The notes: generated by a model from the letters alone, not told the origin. A stretch of DNA of 62,268 bases from an uncultured Dehalococcoidia bacterium (GCA_964436745.1 CAYTEC010000004.1:1-62268), one strand, 5' to 3'. Shown: positions 44,263 to 54,274, counted from the stretch's first letter. Numbers and translations: made by a program.

Positions 44263-45012
44263 ATGCCCCCGATTGTTGAGCAGCATAGGATGCCCCGTGC
44301 CGCGCTGGAGCGGTACCTTGGCGACCTCGAGCCGGGCGGCCCCGGCGCTTTCACCGTCTCCTTTCCGCCCGCTCGTCCGGGGGAGGACCCGGCGCGTTTC
44401 CTGCCGGAAACCCTCGCGGACGCGCTTCGTCCACAGGTTACGGCGGTGGCCGCTGGGTCGGACACCGGGGCCGTGCTGCTGTGGGACCCGCCGACCCTCC
44501 GCCTCGTCGTGCCGCCGTTCCCCGTAGGGGAGGCGCGCCTAGTCGAGGGCCTAGACCTGGGGCCGCTGCGCGTGGTCCTGGAGAGCGAGCCGGTCATCGG
44601 CGTGGTGTTGGTGAGGCTTGGGAGATACGCAGTGGGGGTCTTTCGAGGCGCGGCGCTGGTGGAATCCAAGGTGGGGCGGCGGTACGTGAAGGGACGTCAC
44701 CGAGCGGGGGGATCGTCGGCCAACCGGTTCCGGCGGATTCGGGAGAAGCAGGCCGACGAGCTGTTCAAGCACGTCTGCCGCATGGTCCAGGAGCGCTTCA
44801 GCCCATACGAGGGGCAGCTGCAGCATCTGTTCCTGGGCGGCGAGGCTACCACGCTGCGGGGGTTCCGCGAACGCTGCCCCTACATCTCGCGGTTCGATGG
44901 CGTGCTTCGACGCCGCGTCCTGGACGTGCGCGAGCCGGGCCAGGAGGCGCTGGAGGGCCTGCCGCGCATCCTGTGGCAGAGCGACGTGTACGAGGTTCGA
45001 GACGAGCCGTGA
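44263..45012 (+). CDS. Vms1/ANKZF1-like (VLRF1-family) putative peptidyl-tRNA hydrolase
   Basis: ..IGVVLVRLGRYAVGVFRGAALVESKVGRRYVKGRHRAGGSSANRFRRIREKQ.. resembles, from memory, the bacterial acVLRF1/Vms1-like family (eRF1-like fold with a GG..RF.R.RE loop). Not verified by search. Confidence 0.5.
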   Translation: MPPIVEQHRMPRAALERYLGDLEPGGPGAFTVSFPPARPGEDPARFLPETLADALRPQVTAVAAGSDTGAVLLWDPPTLRLVVPPFPVGEARLVEGLDLGPLRVVLESEPVIGVVLVRLGRYAVGVFRGAALVESKVGRRYVKGRHRAGGSSANRFRRIREKQADELFKHVCRMVQERFSPYEGQLQHLFLGGEATTLRGFRERCPYISRFDGVLRRRVLDVREPGQEALEGLPRILWQSDVYEVRDEP

Positions 45013-45194
45013 CGCGGGGCCATGGTGGGGTCTTCCCCTAGCAGAGTGCAGAAGAAGGGGAGCCCAGTGGGGTGGAGCCCCTTAGGCACTCCTTCCACGG
45101 AAGGATGGGCGTATCCCCCAAGACCCAACCACCAACCCCTTCCTGGCCAGGAAGAGGGCAGGGGGATGGTCGAAGCAGATGTTCCGTCGGCCTC

Positions 45195-45692
45195 CTACGC
45201 TCCGGTCTCGATGGGCGTGGCGGGGATGAAGCCGGCGATGATGGGCGCGATGAGCTCGCCCAGCCGCCTGGGTACGAACACCTGCGACGTCGCCTCCGCG
45301 ATCTCCGCCGCGCTCCACCAGCGGTGCTCCTTCATGACGGCCAGCTCGTTGTCATCCCAGTTCACGGTGCTGACGTCCAGGCCCTCCACCCGCACCACGT
45401 AGAAGCGCTCGCTGCCCTCCATCGGCTGGCCCGCCCAAGTCCAGCGGTGGTTCCGGGACCAGACCCACGGGCCGATGGGAGGGTCCGACAACCCGGTCTC
45501 CTCCCACACCTCGCGGCGCACCGCCTCCTGATAGCTCTCGTCGGGCTCCAGGCCGCCCCCCGGGGTGATCCAGAACTCTGTCTCCAGCGTCGCCGGATCG
45601 TGGATGCGAAAGAGGAGGACACGGTCGCGCGCGTCGATGATCAGCGCCCGAGCGGAGGGCCGGTTGATTGGCTGCTCTTGGCCGCTACTCAC
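45195..45692 (-). CDS. NUDIX hydrolase
   Basis: Nudix box GGGLEPDESYQEAVRREVWEETGL. GTG start 45692 overlaps the upstream GNAT stop. Confidence 0.8.
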   Translation of the reverse strand: MSSGQEQPINRPSARALIIDARDRVLLFRIHDPATLETEFWITPGGGLEPDESYQEAVRREVWEETGLSDPPIGPWVWSRNHRWTWAGQPMEGSERFYVVRVEGLDVSTVNWDDNELAVMKEHRWWSAAEIAEATSQVFVPRRLGELIAPIIAGFIPATPIETGA

Positions 45693-46194
45693 GTTGGCCC
45701 TGAGGCGGCGCTCGGAAGCGCTGGATGGGGCCGTTCCAGGACGGGGCGCCATCGGGGAACTCGCGGTAGTCGCCCGCCGTGTACTCGTCGATCACCGCGC
45801 GCCAGAACGCCTGCGCGGGGAGGTTCGCCGCGATCTCGGCCACTTCCCACACACCGGGGAGGCGGTCGAAGACCTCTCGCGCCGCGATTCGGCCCACGCC
45901 CATGCGGCGGTACTGGCGCATGATGAAGAATTCGGCGACTGTGTGGTCCGTCGGCTGCCCGCTGGGTGAGTGTGGGCTGACCAGGACGAAACCCGCCAGC
46001 CGGCCATCGACACGTATCGCGAACGGCCAGCGCCCGGCCTCCGCCCAGTACCTGCCGAGGTTCGAGTCCGCGAACAGCCCGGACTCGTCTACGTCGTTTG
46101 GCTGGAACTCGGTGAAGTCGTGCAGGTAGAGCTGGGTGAGACGTTCGAGGACCGGGCGGTCCTCGGCGGGTAGCGGCTGGAGCTCCACGTTCAT
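45685..46194 (-). CDS. GNAT family N-acetyltransferase
   Basis: ..AEFFIMRQYRRMGVGRIAAREVF.. (acetyl-CoA binding R/Q-x-x-G-x-G/A). Start at ATG 46194. Confidence 0.75.
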   Translation of the reverse strand: MNVELQPLPAEDRPVLERLTQLYLHDFTEFQPNDVDESGLFADSNLGRYWAEAGRWPFAIRVDGRLAGFVLVSPHSPSGQPTDHTVAEFFIMRQYRRMGVGRIAAREVFDRLPGVWEVAEIAANLPAQAFWRAVIDEYTAGDYREFPDGAPSWNGPIQRFRAPPQGQRE

Positions 46195-46207
46195 GCGCGG
46201 ATCCGTG

Positions 46208-46432
46208 CTAGAACCCCTCTCGGCAATGGGTGCAGTACCAGCGAGCATCCTTGGCCGCCTCGCCGCTGTTCACGACGACGTTGCGATTGCTCTCGCACTT
46301 CAGGCAGTAGGGCATCTCGAGCTCTTCCGGGCGCTGCTGTAGCCGCCCTTTGTATCGAAGGAATGCGCGTATGCCGGCAACTGCAAGAAACCCGATCCAG
46401 GCCATGATGGCCAGGCGAATCAGCACTCCCAT
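46208..46432 (-). CDS. small membrane-anchored zinc-ribbon protein (74 aa)
   Basis: SD AAGGGGGGG. One TM helix (LIRLAIMAWIGFLAVAGI), then CLKC..N21..CTHC. Confidence 0.5.
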   Translation of the reverse strand: MGVLIRLAIMAWIGFLAVAGIRAFLRYKGRLQQRPEELEMPYCLKCESNRNVVVNSGEAAKDARWYCTHCREGF

Positions 46433-46667
46433 GACCCCCCCTTGTGACGACCCTGCCGGGCCGCTCCGGCGCCCACCATCGGTGGCTATCCCGCCGCTCG
46501 GGACCCTCCCGCGCTGCATGGTGGATCGCGCCCCGGCGGCGACGCGCTTCTATCGGACTTGCTCGGCTGGTTTGATGCTCGCTGGGTCGGGCGGGTGTAG
46601 CGGTGCCCTCCGCGGCGAGCAGCGGTATGCGTGTTCTCCGCGACCCCGGGCCCGTCCGGGCGGAGGA

Positions 46668-48509
46668 TCAGTGCTTTTCCAGCTCGAGGAGGGCCAGGAA
46701 AGCCTCCTGTGGAACCTCCACTTGCCCCACCATCTTCAGCCGCTTCTTCCCCTCCGCCTGCTTCTCCAGCAGCTTGCGCTTGCGACTCACGTCGCCGCCG
46801 TAGCACTTTGCGAGGACGTTCTTGCGCAGGGCCTTGACCGACTCCCGAGCAATGACGCGGTTGCCCACGGCCGCCTGGACCGCAACCTCATAGAGCTGCC
46901 GTGGGATGAGCTTTCGGAGGCGCTCAACCAGCGCACGACCCAGGACGTACGCCTTGTCACGGTGCACGATGAACGAGAGCGCGTCCACCGACTTGCCGTT
47001 CAGCACGATGTCCAGCTTCACCAGCGCCCCCGCCCGGTACCCCGCGATCTCGTAATCCAAGGACGCGTACCCCTGGGAGCGGGACTTCAACTGGTCGTAG
47101 AACTCGATCAGAAGCTCGGCCAGCGGAAGCTCGAATTCCAAGAGAACGCTGGCGTCGTACACAGGGTTCGCCGCGTCTCCGCCCGAGGCCGCGGACGCCA
47201 GGTATTCCATGCGGGTGTACGCGCCACGCCGGGTAGTCATCAGCTCCATGATGGGTCCGATGAAACGGGAGGGGGTGATGACGGTCATCTTGAGCCACGG
47301 CTCCCGGACCTCCCGGATACGCCCGGCCTCCGGCATATCCGAGGGGTTCGCGACGGTCACCTCCGTGCCTTCGTCTACGATGACCTGGTAGGCCACGCTG
47401 GGGGACGTGGCAATGAGCTGAAGGTCGTACTCGCGCTCCAGGCGCTCCTGCACGATCTCCATGTGCAGCGGCCCCAGGAAGCCGCACCGGAACCCGAAGC
47501 CGAGGGCGGCGCTGTTTTCCGGCTCGAAGCTAAGGGCGGCGTCGTTGAGCTGGAGCTTACCCAGGGACTCGCGGAGGACCTGGTATGACTCCCCCTCCGC
47601 GGGGTATAGCCCCGCGAAGACCATGAGCTTCCGGGGCTGATAGCCCGGCAAGGGCTCCGCCGCCGGCTTCGTCGCCAGCGTGATGGTGTCGCCCACCCGG
47701 CACTCGCCTACGTTCTTGAGGCCGGTGGCGATGTAGCCAACCTCGCCCGCGCTCAGATTCGCGGCTGCCTCCAGGCCGGGTCGGAACACTCCAACCTCCA
47801 CGGCCTCAGCGTTGATCTCGGTGCCCATCAGGCGGAGGCGTCCGCCCGCCGTCACCGTGCCATCGAAGATGCGGACGTAGGCGATGACGCCCTTGTAGGA
47901 GTCGTATGCCGAATCGAATATGAGGGCCCGTAGCGGCGCGTTGGGGTCTCCCTCGGGTGGCGGGACTCGCTCCACCAGCGCCGAAAGCAGCTCGGCGACC
48001 CCGGTGCCGTTCTTGGCGGAGGCGCTGAGCACCTCTTCCTCGTCGAACGCGAAGACCTGCACCATCTCGTCCAAGACGCGCTGGGGCTCGGCGGCGGGCA
48101 GGTCGATCTTGTTGAGGACGGGCAGCAGGGTCAGATCGTGGCCCAGGGCGAGGTAGGCATTTGCCAGCGTCTGCGCCTGCACGCCCTGGGAGGAGTCGAC
48201 CACCAGGACGGCGCCCTCGCAAGCGGCCAGGGCGCGGGAGACCTCGTACCCAAAGTCCACGTGCCCCGGCGTATCGATCAGGTTGAGCTGGTAGGTCTGC
48301 CCATCGGTGTGAGTGAAGAGCATGCGGACAGCCTTGCCCTTGATCGTGATGCCCCGCTCGCGCTCCAGGTCCATCGTGTCCAGGTATTGGGCCGTCATGT
48401 TGCGCGGATTGACGGTGGCGGTCTGCTCCAGCAGCCGGTCGGCCAAAGTGGATTTGCCGTGGTCAATGTGGGCGACGATGCAGAAGTTGCGGATCAGAGA
48501 GGTGTTCAT
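46668..48509 (-). CDS. lepA: translation elongation factor 4 (LepA)
   Basis: [30 protein letters not shown] and NKID, plus the LepA-specific C-terminus ..[21 protein letters not shown]. Confidence 0.95.
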   Translation of the reverse strand: MNTSLIRNFCIVAHIDHGKSTLADRLLEQTATVNPRNMTAQYLDTMDLERERGITIKGKAVRMLFTHTDGQTYQLNLIDTPGHVDFGYEVSRALAACEGAVLVVDSSQGVQAQTLANAYLALGHDLTLLPVLNKIDLPAAEPQRVLDEMVQVFAFDEEEVLSASAKNGTGVAELLSALVERVPPPEGDPNAPLRALIFDSAYDSYKGVIAYVRIFDGTVTAGGRLRLMGTEINAEAVEVGVFRPGLEAAANLSAGEVGYIATGLKNVGECRVGDTITLATKPAAEPLPGYQPRKLMVFAGLYPAEGESYQVLRESLGKLQLNDAALSFEPENSAALGFGFRCGFLGPLHMEIVQERLEREYDLQLIATSPSVAYQVIVDEGTEVTVANPSDMPEAGRIREVREPWLKMTVITPSRFIGPIMELMTTRRGAYTRMEYLASAASGGDAANPVYDASVLLEFELPLAELLIEFYDQLKSRSQGYASLDYEIAGYRAGALVKLDIVLNGKSVDALSFIVHRDKAYVLGRALVERLRKLIPRQLYEVAVQAAVGNRVIARESVKALRKNVLAKCYGGDVSRKRKLLEKQAEGKKRLKMVGQVEVPQEAFLALLELEKH

Positions 48510-48570
48510 TAGACCGATGGTACCATGCGTGCCCCTCGGCGCTCAATGCGGGGGATGGATAGACGCTGCG

Positions 48571-48607
48571 GAAAACGAGAGAGGCGGCCTGTGGGGCCGC
48601 CTCTCTC
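48571..48607 (-). terminator. intrinsic terminator after the OppF-like gene
   Basis: The minus strand has a 13-bp stem GAGAGAGGCGGCC-CCACA-GGCCGCCTCTCTC followed by GTTTTCC. Confidence 0.65.
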
Positions 48608-48627
48608 ATGCCTTCTACGTTTAGCGG

Positions 48628-49644
48628 CTAGACGCGGATGCAGGCCACCCAGTGGTTGTTGGAGACCTCTCGCAGGTCTGGAACAGTGGCCTGGCAGTCC
48701 TCGATGGCGATGGGGCAGCGCGTGTGGAACACGCAGCCTGCGGGGGGCCGCAGGGGGCTCGGGACATCGCCCTGGAGGATGATCCTCTCGCGCTGGGCCT
48801 CGACGATGGGGTCCGGGATGGGGACGGCGGAGAGGAGGGCCTTTGTGTACGGGTGGAGTGGGTTGCTGTACAGCTCGAACGGGTCGGCGATCTCCATCAG
48901 GTGGCCCAGGTACATGACGGCCACGCGGTCGCTGATGTGGCGGACAACGGAGAGGTCGTGGGCGATGAAGAGATAGGTCAGCCCGAATTGGTCCTGGAGC
49001 TCTTCAAGCAGGTTGATCACCTGGGCCTGAATGGAGACATCCAGGGCGGACACCGGCTCGTCGCACACAATGAAGTCCGGGCGGACTGCCAGGGCGCGGG
49101 CGATGCCGATCCGCTGGCGCTGGCCGCCGCTGAACTCGTGGGGGAAACGGTCCGCCATGTACGGGTTCAAGCCGACGATCTGGAGAAGCTCGGCTACCCG
49201 CTCCTTGAACTCGGCCTTGTTGTGGACCAGCTTGTGGACGACTAGGGGCTCGCCGATGATATTGCCGGCGCTCATGCGAGGGTTGAGAGAGCTGTACGGG
49301 TCTTGGAAGATGACCTGCATCTCCCGGCGCATTTCCCGAAGGGAGCGGCCCTTCAGGTTCGTGATGCTCCGGCCCTTGAAGGCGATGTTTCCGCCTGTGG
49401 GCTCATAGAGCTTGAGGATGCACCGGCCCGCGGTGGTCTTTCCGCAGCCGCTCTCCCCCACCAGCCCCAGTGTCTCGCCTTTGCGGACAAAGAAGCTGAT
49501 GTCGTCGACGGCTTTCACGTCCGCGACGTGGCGCTGGATGAGCAGTCCGGAGGTGACGGGGAAGTACATCTTGAGGTTGTTGACCTCAAGGATGACATCG
49601 TCCTGGCCGCTGGCTTGTGTCTCCTGTGTCATGGCTTCCCTCAC
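48628..49644 (-). CDS. oligopeptide/dipeptide ABC transporter ATP-binding protein (OppF/DppF type)
   Basis: Walker [18 protein letters not shown], and the C-terminal oligo_HPY region ..[14 protein letters not shown]...GCVFHTRCP.. Confidence 0.85.
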   Translation of the reverse strand: MREAMTQETQASGQDDVILEVNNLKMYFPVTSGLLIQRHVADVKAVDDISFFVRKGETLGLVGESGCGKTTAGRCILKLYEPTGGNIAFKGRSITNLKGRSLREMRREMQVIFQDPYSSLNPRMSAGNIIGEPLVVHKLVHNKAEFKERVAELLQIVGLNPYMADRFPHEFSGGQRQRIGIARALAVRPDFIVCDEPVSALDVSIQAQVINLLEELQDQFGLTYLFIAHDLSVVRHISDRVAVMYLGHLMEIADPFELYSNPLHPYTKALLSAVPIPDPIVEAQRERIILQGDVPSPLRPPAGCVFHTRCPIAIEDCQATVPDLREVSNNHWVACIRV

Positions 49645-50630
49645 TACTCAATTGCTGTGACTTTGTCGGACTCCCAGCACGCGGCAACGTGACCCTCGCC
49701 CACGGCTGTCAGCTCCGGTATGTCCGTTTCGCACCGCGCGGTTGCATACGGGCAGCGCGGCCGGAAGGCGCATCCGGGGGGTAGGCTGATCAGGTCCGGG
49801 GGCATTCCCTGGATGGGGTCGAGCTTTTCCTTCTTCGGCTGGTCCAAGCGAGGCACAGACTTCAGCAGTCCGTGCGTGTAAGGGTGCTTCGGCCTCGTGT
49901 AGATGTCCTCGGCGCCGCCGCGCTCGATGATCTTCCCGGCGTACATCACGTTGACCCGGTGAGCATACCGTGCCACCACCCCCAGGTTGTGGGTGATGAT
50001 GAGGACTGCCAGGCCAAGCTCCGTGCTCAGCCGCTGGATCAACTCCAGAATCTGGGCCTGAATCGTCACGTCGAGGGCGGTGGTGGGCTCGTCGGCGATA
50101 AGGAGCCGGGGATTGCAAGTCAGCCCCATGGCGATCATGACCCGCTGGCGCATCCCGCCGCTGAATTGGTGTGGGTAGTCGTCCAGCCGGCGCATGGCGT
50201 CCGGGATGCCGACGAGGGAGAGAAGCTCGGCCGCCCGCTCCCGAGCCGCCTGTCGGTCCATTTTGAGGTGGAGCTCCAGGGACTCGGTGATCTGCCGCCC
50301 GATGGTCAGAACGGGGTTGAGGGAGGTCATGGGCTCCTGGAAGATCATGGACATGCGGTTGCCACGGATGTGGCGCATGTCCTGGTCGCTCATCTTGAGG
50401 AGGTCCTCGCCCTCGAAGATCACCTCACCGGCGACGGTCTTTCCGGGGGGGTTGGGGATCAAGCGCATGAGGGACAGGGCGCTCACGCTCTTGCCGCAGC
50501 CGCTTTCCCCTACCAGGGCCAGCGTCTCCCCCTCCTCAATGTCGTAGCTGACTCCGTCAACGGCCTTCACGACGCCCGACTCGGTGAAGAAGTGAGTCGC
50601 CAGATCCTTGACTACGAGCAGATCGGCCAC
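49644..50630 (-). CDS. oligopeptide/dipeptide ABC transporter ATP-binding protein (OppD/DppD type)
   Basis: [16 protein letters not shown] and the C-terminal ..[13 protein letters not shown]...GCAFRPRCP.. GTG start with SD AAAGGAGG. Confidence 0.85.
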   Translation of the reverse strand: MADLLVVKDLATHFFTESGVVKAVDGVSYDIEEGETLALVGESGCGKSVSALSLMRLIPNPPGKTVAGEVIFEGEDLLKMSDQDMRHIRGNRMSMIFQEPMTSLNPVLTIGRQITESLELHLKMDRQAARERAAELLSLVGIPDAMRRLDDYPHQFSGGMRQRVMIAMGLTCNPRLLIADEPTTALDVTIQAQILELIQRLSTELGLAVLIITHNLGVVARYAHRVNVMYAGKIIERGGAEDIYTRPKHPYTHGLLKSVPRLDQPKKEKLDPIQGMPPDLISLPPGCAFRPRCPYATARCETDIPELTAVGEGHVAACWESDKVTAIE

Positions 50631-50722
50631 GTGGCCTCCTTTCCGTCCAACCGGGTCCGCGCCATCCGGTTTCCGCTGAGTCTGGCGCTACTGAGCCGGT
50701 TCGGTGCCCTAACTTCCCACAC

Positions 50723-50807
50723 TGGTGGGGATGAGGAGACTCGAACTCCTACGCCTTTCGGCACATGATCCTAAATCATGCTCGTCTGCCAATTCCGACA
50801 CATCCCC
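50723..50807 (-). tRNA. tRNA-Leu (anticodon TAG)
   Basis: Acceptor GGGGATG/CATCCCC, anticodon stem CATGA/TCATG with loop TTTAGGA, long variable arm, T-loop GAGTTCGAGTCTC, CCA encoded. Confidence 0.9.
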
Positions 50808-50841
50808 GCCGCTGCCTGTCCGCTGGCCGGATCTCAGTGGC

Positions 50842-50914
<73 letters not shown>

Positions 50915-50959
50915 ACGATGCGACGGGGGTAGCCGGGCTACCCGAAAAAAACTAGGCGG

Positions 50960-50988
50960 ACTCTAGCATGAACCTTAGGTGGTGTCAA
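50960..50988 (-). promoter_or_regulatory. candidate promoter (TTGACA-N17-TAGAGT) upstream of tRNA-Lys/tRNA-Leu
   Basis: The minus strand reads agcTTGACAccacctaaggttcatgcTAGAGTccgcc, about 45 nt upstream of tRNA-Lys. Same hexamers as the ftsZ promoter. Confidence 0.5.
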
Positions 50989-51094
50989 GCTGCGCCGCGA
51001 TGGCACGGACCCAGGCCGCCGCGGCAGGCCCGCGCCTAGCTGAAAGTGATGCTCGGCCCCGTGATCTCCCGGTCCGCTCCGGTGCGGCACTGCC

Positions 51095-51289
51095 TCACGG
51101 CGAGGGCGCGTCGGACGCCAGGACCCCCGCTTGCGCCCATTCCCCTTTGTCCACGTCCTGAAACACGATGATCACGGCATCCGGCGAGGTCTTGGCCACG
51201 CTGACCATGGCGTCCGTGATCACGCGCGCGAGCTCCGCCTTCTGTTCATGGCTTCGGCCGGGCCACATCTCAATGCGAACGATCGGCAT
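51095..51289 (-). CDS. 4-oxalocrotonate tautomerase family protein (64 aa)
   Basis: MPIVRIEMWPGRSHEQKAELARVITDAMV.. with catalytic Pro-1. SD AAGGGGG. Corresponds to the last 64 codons of the spurious 326-aa ORF. Confidence 0.75.
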   Translation of the reverse strand: MPIVRIEMWPGRSHEQKAELARVITDAMVSVAKTSPDAVIIVFQDVDKGEWAQAGVLASDAPSP

Positions 51290-51519
51290 TCCGACCCCCT
51301 TCCAGGCGCTCTCCGGTGATGGCCGGGCCACATGATACCACGCACGCGAGTGCTCGCCTCTCGCCAGCGAGCCGCTGCCCTGGTTGCGAACGGTCGCGGC
51401 TCGTGGACCTCCGTGGGGTCGAGAGCGCCAGGCGTTGGCAATCCCGGATGACACCGCGGCGACCCGCTCGCCTTCGGCACCTGCCTCTCCACGGACGGAG
51501 CCCAAGTGCTCGCCGAGCG

Positions 51520-52116
51520 CTAGTCCGCCGTGACAAGGTCCGCGATCGCCTCCACCGTGGCGGGACCCAAACCGGAGACCGCCAGCAGCTCCCCCACCTC
51601 GTCGAAGCCGCCATGGCTCTCGCGGTACTCCAGAATCGCCGCGGCCCGAACCTCGCCGATGCCGGGGAGCGCCTCGAGCTGGGAGAGCGTGGCCGTGTTC
51701 AGGTCGAGCCGTGCCTGGCCGCCGTCGGGTTGGGCCGCGTCGGAGGGAGCGATCGCCTCCCCGAACCTGGGCACGTGGACGAGCGCCTCGTCGCGGAGCC
51801 GCAGCGCAAGATTCACGCGTCCAAGGTCGGCGTCGCTGGTCGTGCCGCCGGTTCTCGCCAGCAGGTCGCCCACCCGCTCGCCGTCTCGGAAAGCGTGGAC
51901 CCCAGGGGAGGCCACCGCGCCTGACAGATGGACGCGCAGGGTGCCTTCCGGGGTGGGAGTCGGCAGGACCACCTCGACGCCGGGGGGTCTGCTCTGGCGA
52001 GCCAGGACTGCGAAGCCGCCGGCAAGCGCGAGCAGGAAGAGCAGCACCAGCGCAAGCTGCCCCGCCCGTTCCCATGCCGTTGGGGATCCGGATCGCTCCG
52101 GTTCCGGTGTGACCAC
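51520..52116 (-). CDS. comEA: ComEA family DNA-binding protein
   Basis: N-terminal TM helix, SLBB-like middle, and C-terminal helix-hairpin-helix ..LNTATLSQLEALPGIGEVRAAAILEYR...F..V.EL..V.G.G.. Confidence 0.75.
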   Translation of the reverse strand: MVTPEPERSGSPTAWERAGQLALVLLFLLALAGGFAVLARQSRPPGVEVVLPTPTPEGTLRVHLSGAVASPGVHAFRDGERVGDLLARTGGTTSDADLGRVNLALRLRDEALVHVPRFGEAIAPSDAAQPDGGQARLDLNTATLSQLEALPGIGEVRAAAILEYRESHGGFDEVGELLAVSGLGPATVEAIADLVTAD

Positions 52117-52191
52117 GCCGTCCTCCCGGTGACGCTCCGCCGAGCCCTCCGCGAAGGGCGCCGACGCCCCGCGCCGCCAGCTACCGAAGGC

Positions 52192-52220
52192 TTGTGCTGC
52201 CTACTAGGCGACATTATAAT
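52192..52220 (+). promoter_or_regulatory. candidate ilvE promoter (TTGTGC-N17-TATAAT)
   Basis: gcTTGTGCtgcctactaggcgacatTATAATgac, about 55 nt upstream of ATG 52276. Confidence 0.55.
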
Positions 52221-52275
52221 GACGGCACCTGTCCTACGACAGTATCCAGCCCACCCCGCACGAAGGAGCCACGCC

Positions 52276-53217
52276 ATGCCGCCAACACCCCTGGCCTACT
52301 TCAATCGGGAGTTTATCCCCGCGTCGGAGGCGAAGGTGGGCGTCATGACCCACGCGCTGCACTACGGGACCGGTGTCTTCGAGGGCATTCGCGGCAACTG
52401 GAACGATGAAGAGGGTGTGATCTGCATTTTCCGGCCCCGCGAGCACTTCGCGCGGCTCCTGGACAGTTGCAAGATCATGCGGATGACGCTCCCATGGGAC
52501 GCGGACGAGCTGGTTCGCATTTGCGTGGAGCTTGTGGAGCGCAGCGGCTTCAATGAGGATCTGTACATCCGACCGCTCGCCTTCAAGAGCACGGAGCGGG
52601 TCGCCAACCTGAAGCTACACGAGCTCGACGACGGGTTCGTAATGCTCGCCGTGCCCCTCGGCCAGTACATCGACACCCAGGTGGCCCGGTGCATCGTGTC
52701 GAGCTGGCGCCGCGTGGACGAGTCGATGGTCCCCCCGAGGGTGAAGATCAGTGGCATGTACGTCAACGGCATCCTGGCGAAGACCGACGCGGTTCTCGCC
52801 GGGTATGACGAGGCGATCCTGCTGAACCAGGACGGCACCGTGTCTGAGGGTACGGGGGAGAACCTGTTCGTGGTCCGGGACGGCGTGCTCGCCACCCCGC
52901 CAATCTCCGACAACGTCCTCCCGGGGATTACTCGCGAGTGCGTGATCCAGATGGCGAGGAACGAGCTGGGGATCGAGACTCAGGTGCGCTCCGTCCGGCG
53001 CGGGGAGCTCTACCTGGCCGACGAGGTGTTCCTCACCGGCACCGCCGCCCACCTGACGCCCGTGGGCGAGATAGACAACCGCTCGATTGGCTCCGGCGGC
53101 GTGGGACCGGTCGCGCGGGCGCTCCAGGACATCTACTTCGAGGCCATCCGTGGCCGGAACCCGAAGTACCGCCACTGGTGCGTCACGGCGTCCCCGGCGC
53201 GACTCGCCTCGGTCTAG
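52276..53217 (+). CDS. ilvE: branched-chain amino acid aminotransferase
   Basis: ..HALHYGTGVFEGIR.., ..YIRPL.., ..ISGMYVNGILAK.. and ..EGTGENLF.V.DG...TPP....LPGITR.. SD GAAGGAG. Confidence 0.9.
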   Translation: MPPTPLAYFNREFIPASEAKVGVMTHALHYGTGVFEGIRGNWNDEEGVICIFRPREHFARLLDSCKIMRMTLPWDADELVRICVELVERSGFNEDLYIRPLAFKSTERVANLKLHELDDGFVMLAVPLGQYIDTQVARCIVSSWRRVDESMVPPRVKISGMYVNGILAKTDAVLAGYDEAILLNQDGTVSEGTGENLFVVRDGVLATPPISDNVLPGITRECVIQMARNELGIETQVRSVRRGELYLADEVFLTGTAAHLTPVGEIDNRSIGSGGVGPVARALQDIYFEAIRGRNPKYRHWCVTASPARLASV

Positions 53218-53288
53218 CCCTCGGCGAAGGGGCGACGGGCGGGAGCGGCCGCCGCTATCGACCCGATGGGGGTGCGGGACCCTGCACG

Positions 53289-53729
53289 ATGGATAGCATC
53301 GCGCCGGACTACGTTATCCTCGTCTTCCTGGGCTCCTGCGGCGTGCTGCAGATTGCCGCAGCCCACGCCCGCATCCACGGACTTCTCTTTCTCCGACGGC
53401 CCGTCCAAGCCACGGTCCTTGGTGTGGTCCTTGTGGTCGCCGGGCTCGTCTGGTTCTTCGGTCCCGGCCCACGGCACCTCCCAGACACCGCCGGGGGTCT
53501 GGACGGCAACGGCCAGGGGGCCTACTTCGCCCTCGCCGCCGGTACCGCGATCGCGTTCACCCTGGTGGTTTCCTCGGCCCTCAACCGACGCAGGATGGCC
53601 GGGAGCCAGGGTGGGGGCTCGGGGCTGGACGCGCTGCGGGACACAACGTACCTGGAAGCCATGTCCGCGGGGGTCAAGGTCCTATGGCGACAGCGGCGCA
53701 GGTGGACGCGGCGGTGGTCCTCTGGCTGA
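53289..53729 (+). CDS. hypothetical membrane protein
   Basis: Internal ATG of ORF 52938..53729 with 3-4 hydrophobic segments. I recognise no motif. The 3' end overlaps the PAP2 gene by 46 nt. Confidence 0.4.
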   Translation: MDSIAPDYVILVFLGSCGVLQIAAAHARIHGLLFLRRPVQATVLGVVLVVAGLVWFFGPGPRHLPDTAGGLDGNGQGAYFALAAGTAIAFTLVVSSALNRRRMAGSQGGGSGLDALRDTTYLEAMSAGVKVLWRQRRRWTRRWSSG

Positions 53730-54274
53730 ACGGCTGGGTGGGCGACCTCCCCTGGATGGACGCCCTCATCCGCCTGCTGGTCAGCGACTACCTGGCGCCC
53801 GTGCTCATCTCCCTGATACTCCTGGGGATGTGGTTCGGCGCCCTGGACTCGGAAGTGCGGGAGCGTCAGCAGCGGGCGGTCATGCGGGCCATGATCGGCA
53901 TGGGCATTGCCAACCTTTCCACCCTCATCATGAACCAGTTCGTCTTCCGCGCTAGGCCCTTCGTTGAGCACCCCCTGGTGGTCTTGTTCTACCAGCCCAC
54001 GGACTCATCGTTCCCCGCGAACCCGGCGGTGGTGGGCTTCGCGATGGCGGCGGGCATTTGGAGCGGCCATCGCCGGCTGGGCGCGGTCGCCTTCACGCTG
54101 GCCTCGCTGTGGGGGTTCGCCCGCGTGTACGCGGGAGTGGCGTACCCATCCGACGTGCTGTTCGGGGCCGCGCTGGGCATCGCGGTCACCGTCGTGGTCG
54201 CCGCGGCGCTGCGCCGGATCGAACCTCTGCCCACGCTCGTGCTGCGGCTCGCCCGGCGCGTCTACCTGGCGTAG
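53684..54274 (+). CDS. PAP2-superfamily membrane protein with degenerate catalytic motifs
   Basis: PAP2 layout: N-terminal ..LWLNGW.G..P.MDAL, then C1 N-x6-RP, C2 PANP and C3 AR-x5-A-x3-D, in place of K-x6-RP, PSGH and SR-x5-H-x3-D. Confidence 0.65.
   Translation: MATAAQVDAAVVLWLNGWVGDLPWMDALIRLLVSDYLAPVLISLILLGMWFGALDSEVRERQQRAVMRAMIGMGIANLSTLIMNQFVFRARPFVEHPLVVLFYQPTDSSFPANPAVVGFAMAAGIWSGHRRLGAVAFTLASLWGFARVYAGVAYPSDVLFGAALGIAVTVVVAAALRRIEPLPTLVLRLARRVYLA

Noticed and set aside
45013-45194. Palindrome CTTCCTGGCCAGGAAG and nearby GC-rich inverted segments between the VLRF1-like and NUDIX genes, considered as a further repeat-family copy.
   Set aside because: I could not align it convincingly to any of the three repeat families. 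It may simply be a bidirectional terminator between convergent genes.
50921-50949. Hairpin GGGTAGCC-G-GGCTACCC followed by GAAAAAAA, considered as a terminator.
   Set aside because: On the strand where the hairpin precedes the run, the run is A rather than U. On the minus strand the T-run precedes the hairpin. The loop is also too small for the full stem. It lies between the tRNA promoter and tRNA-Lys, and its role is unclear.
51095-52075. 326-aa ORF spanning the 4-oxalocrotonate tautomerase region.
   Set aside because: Only the last 64 codons (51095..51289, with their own SD and Pro-1) look like a real protein. The upstream part overlaps comEA in another frame and is Arg/Gly/Pro-rich.
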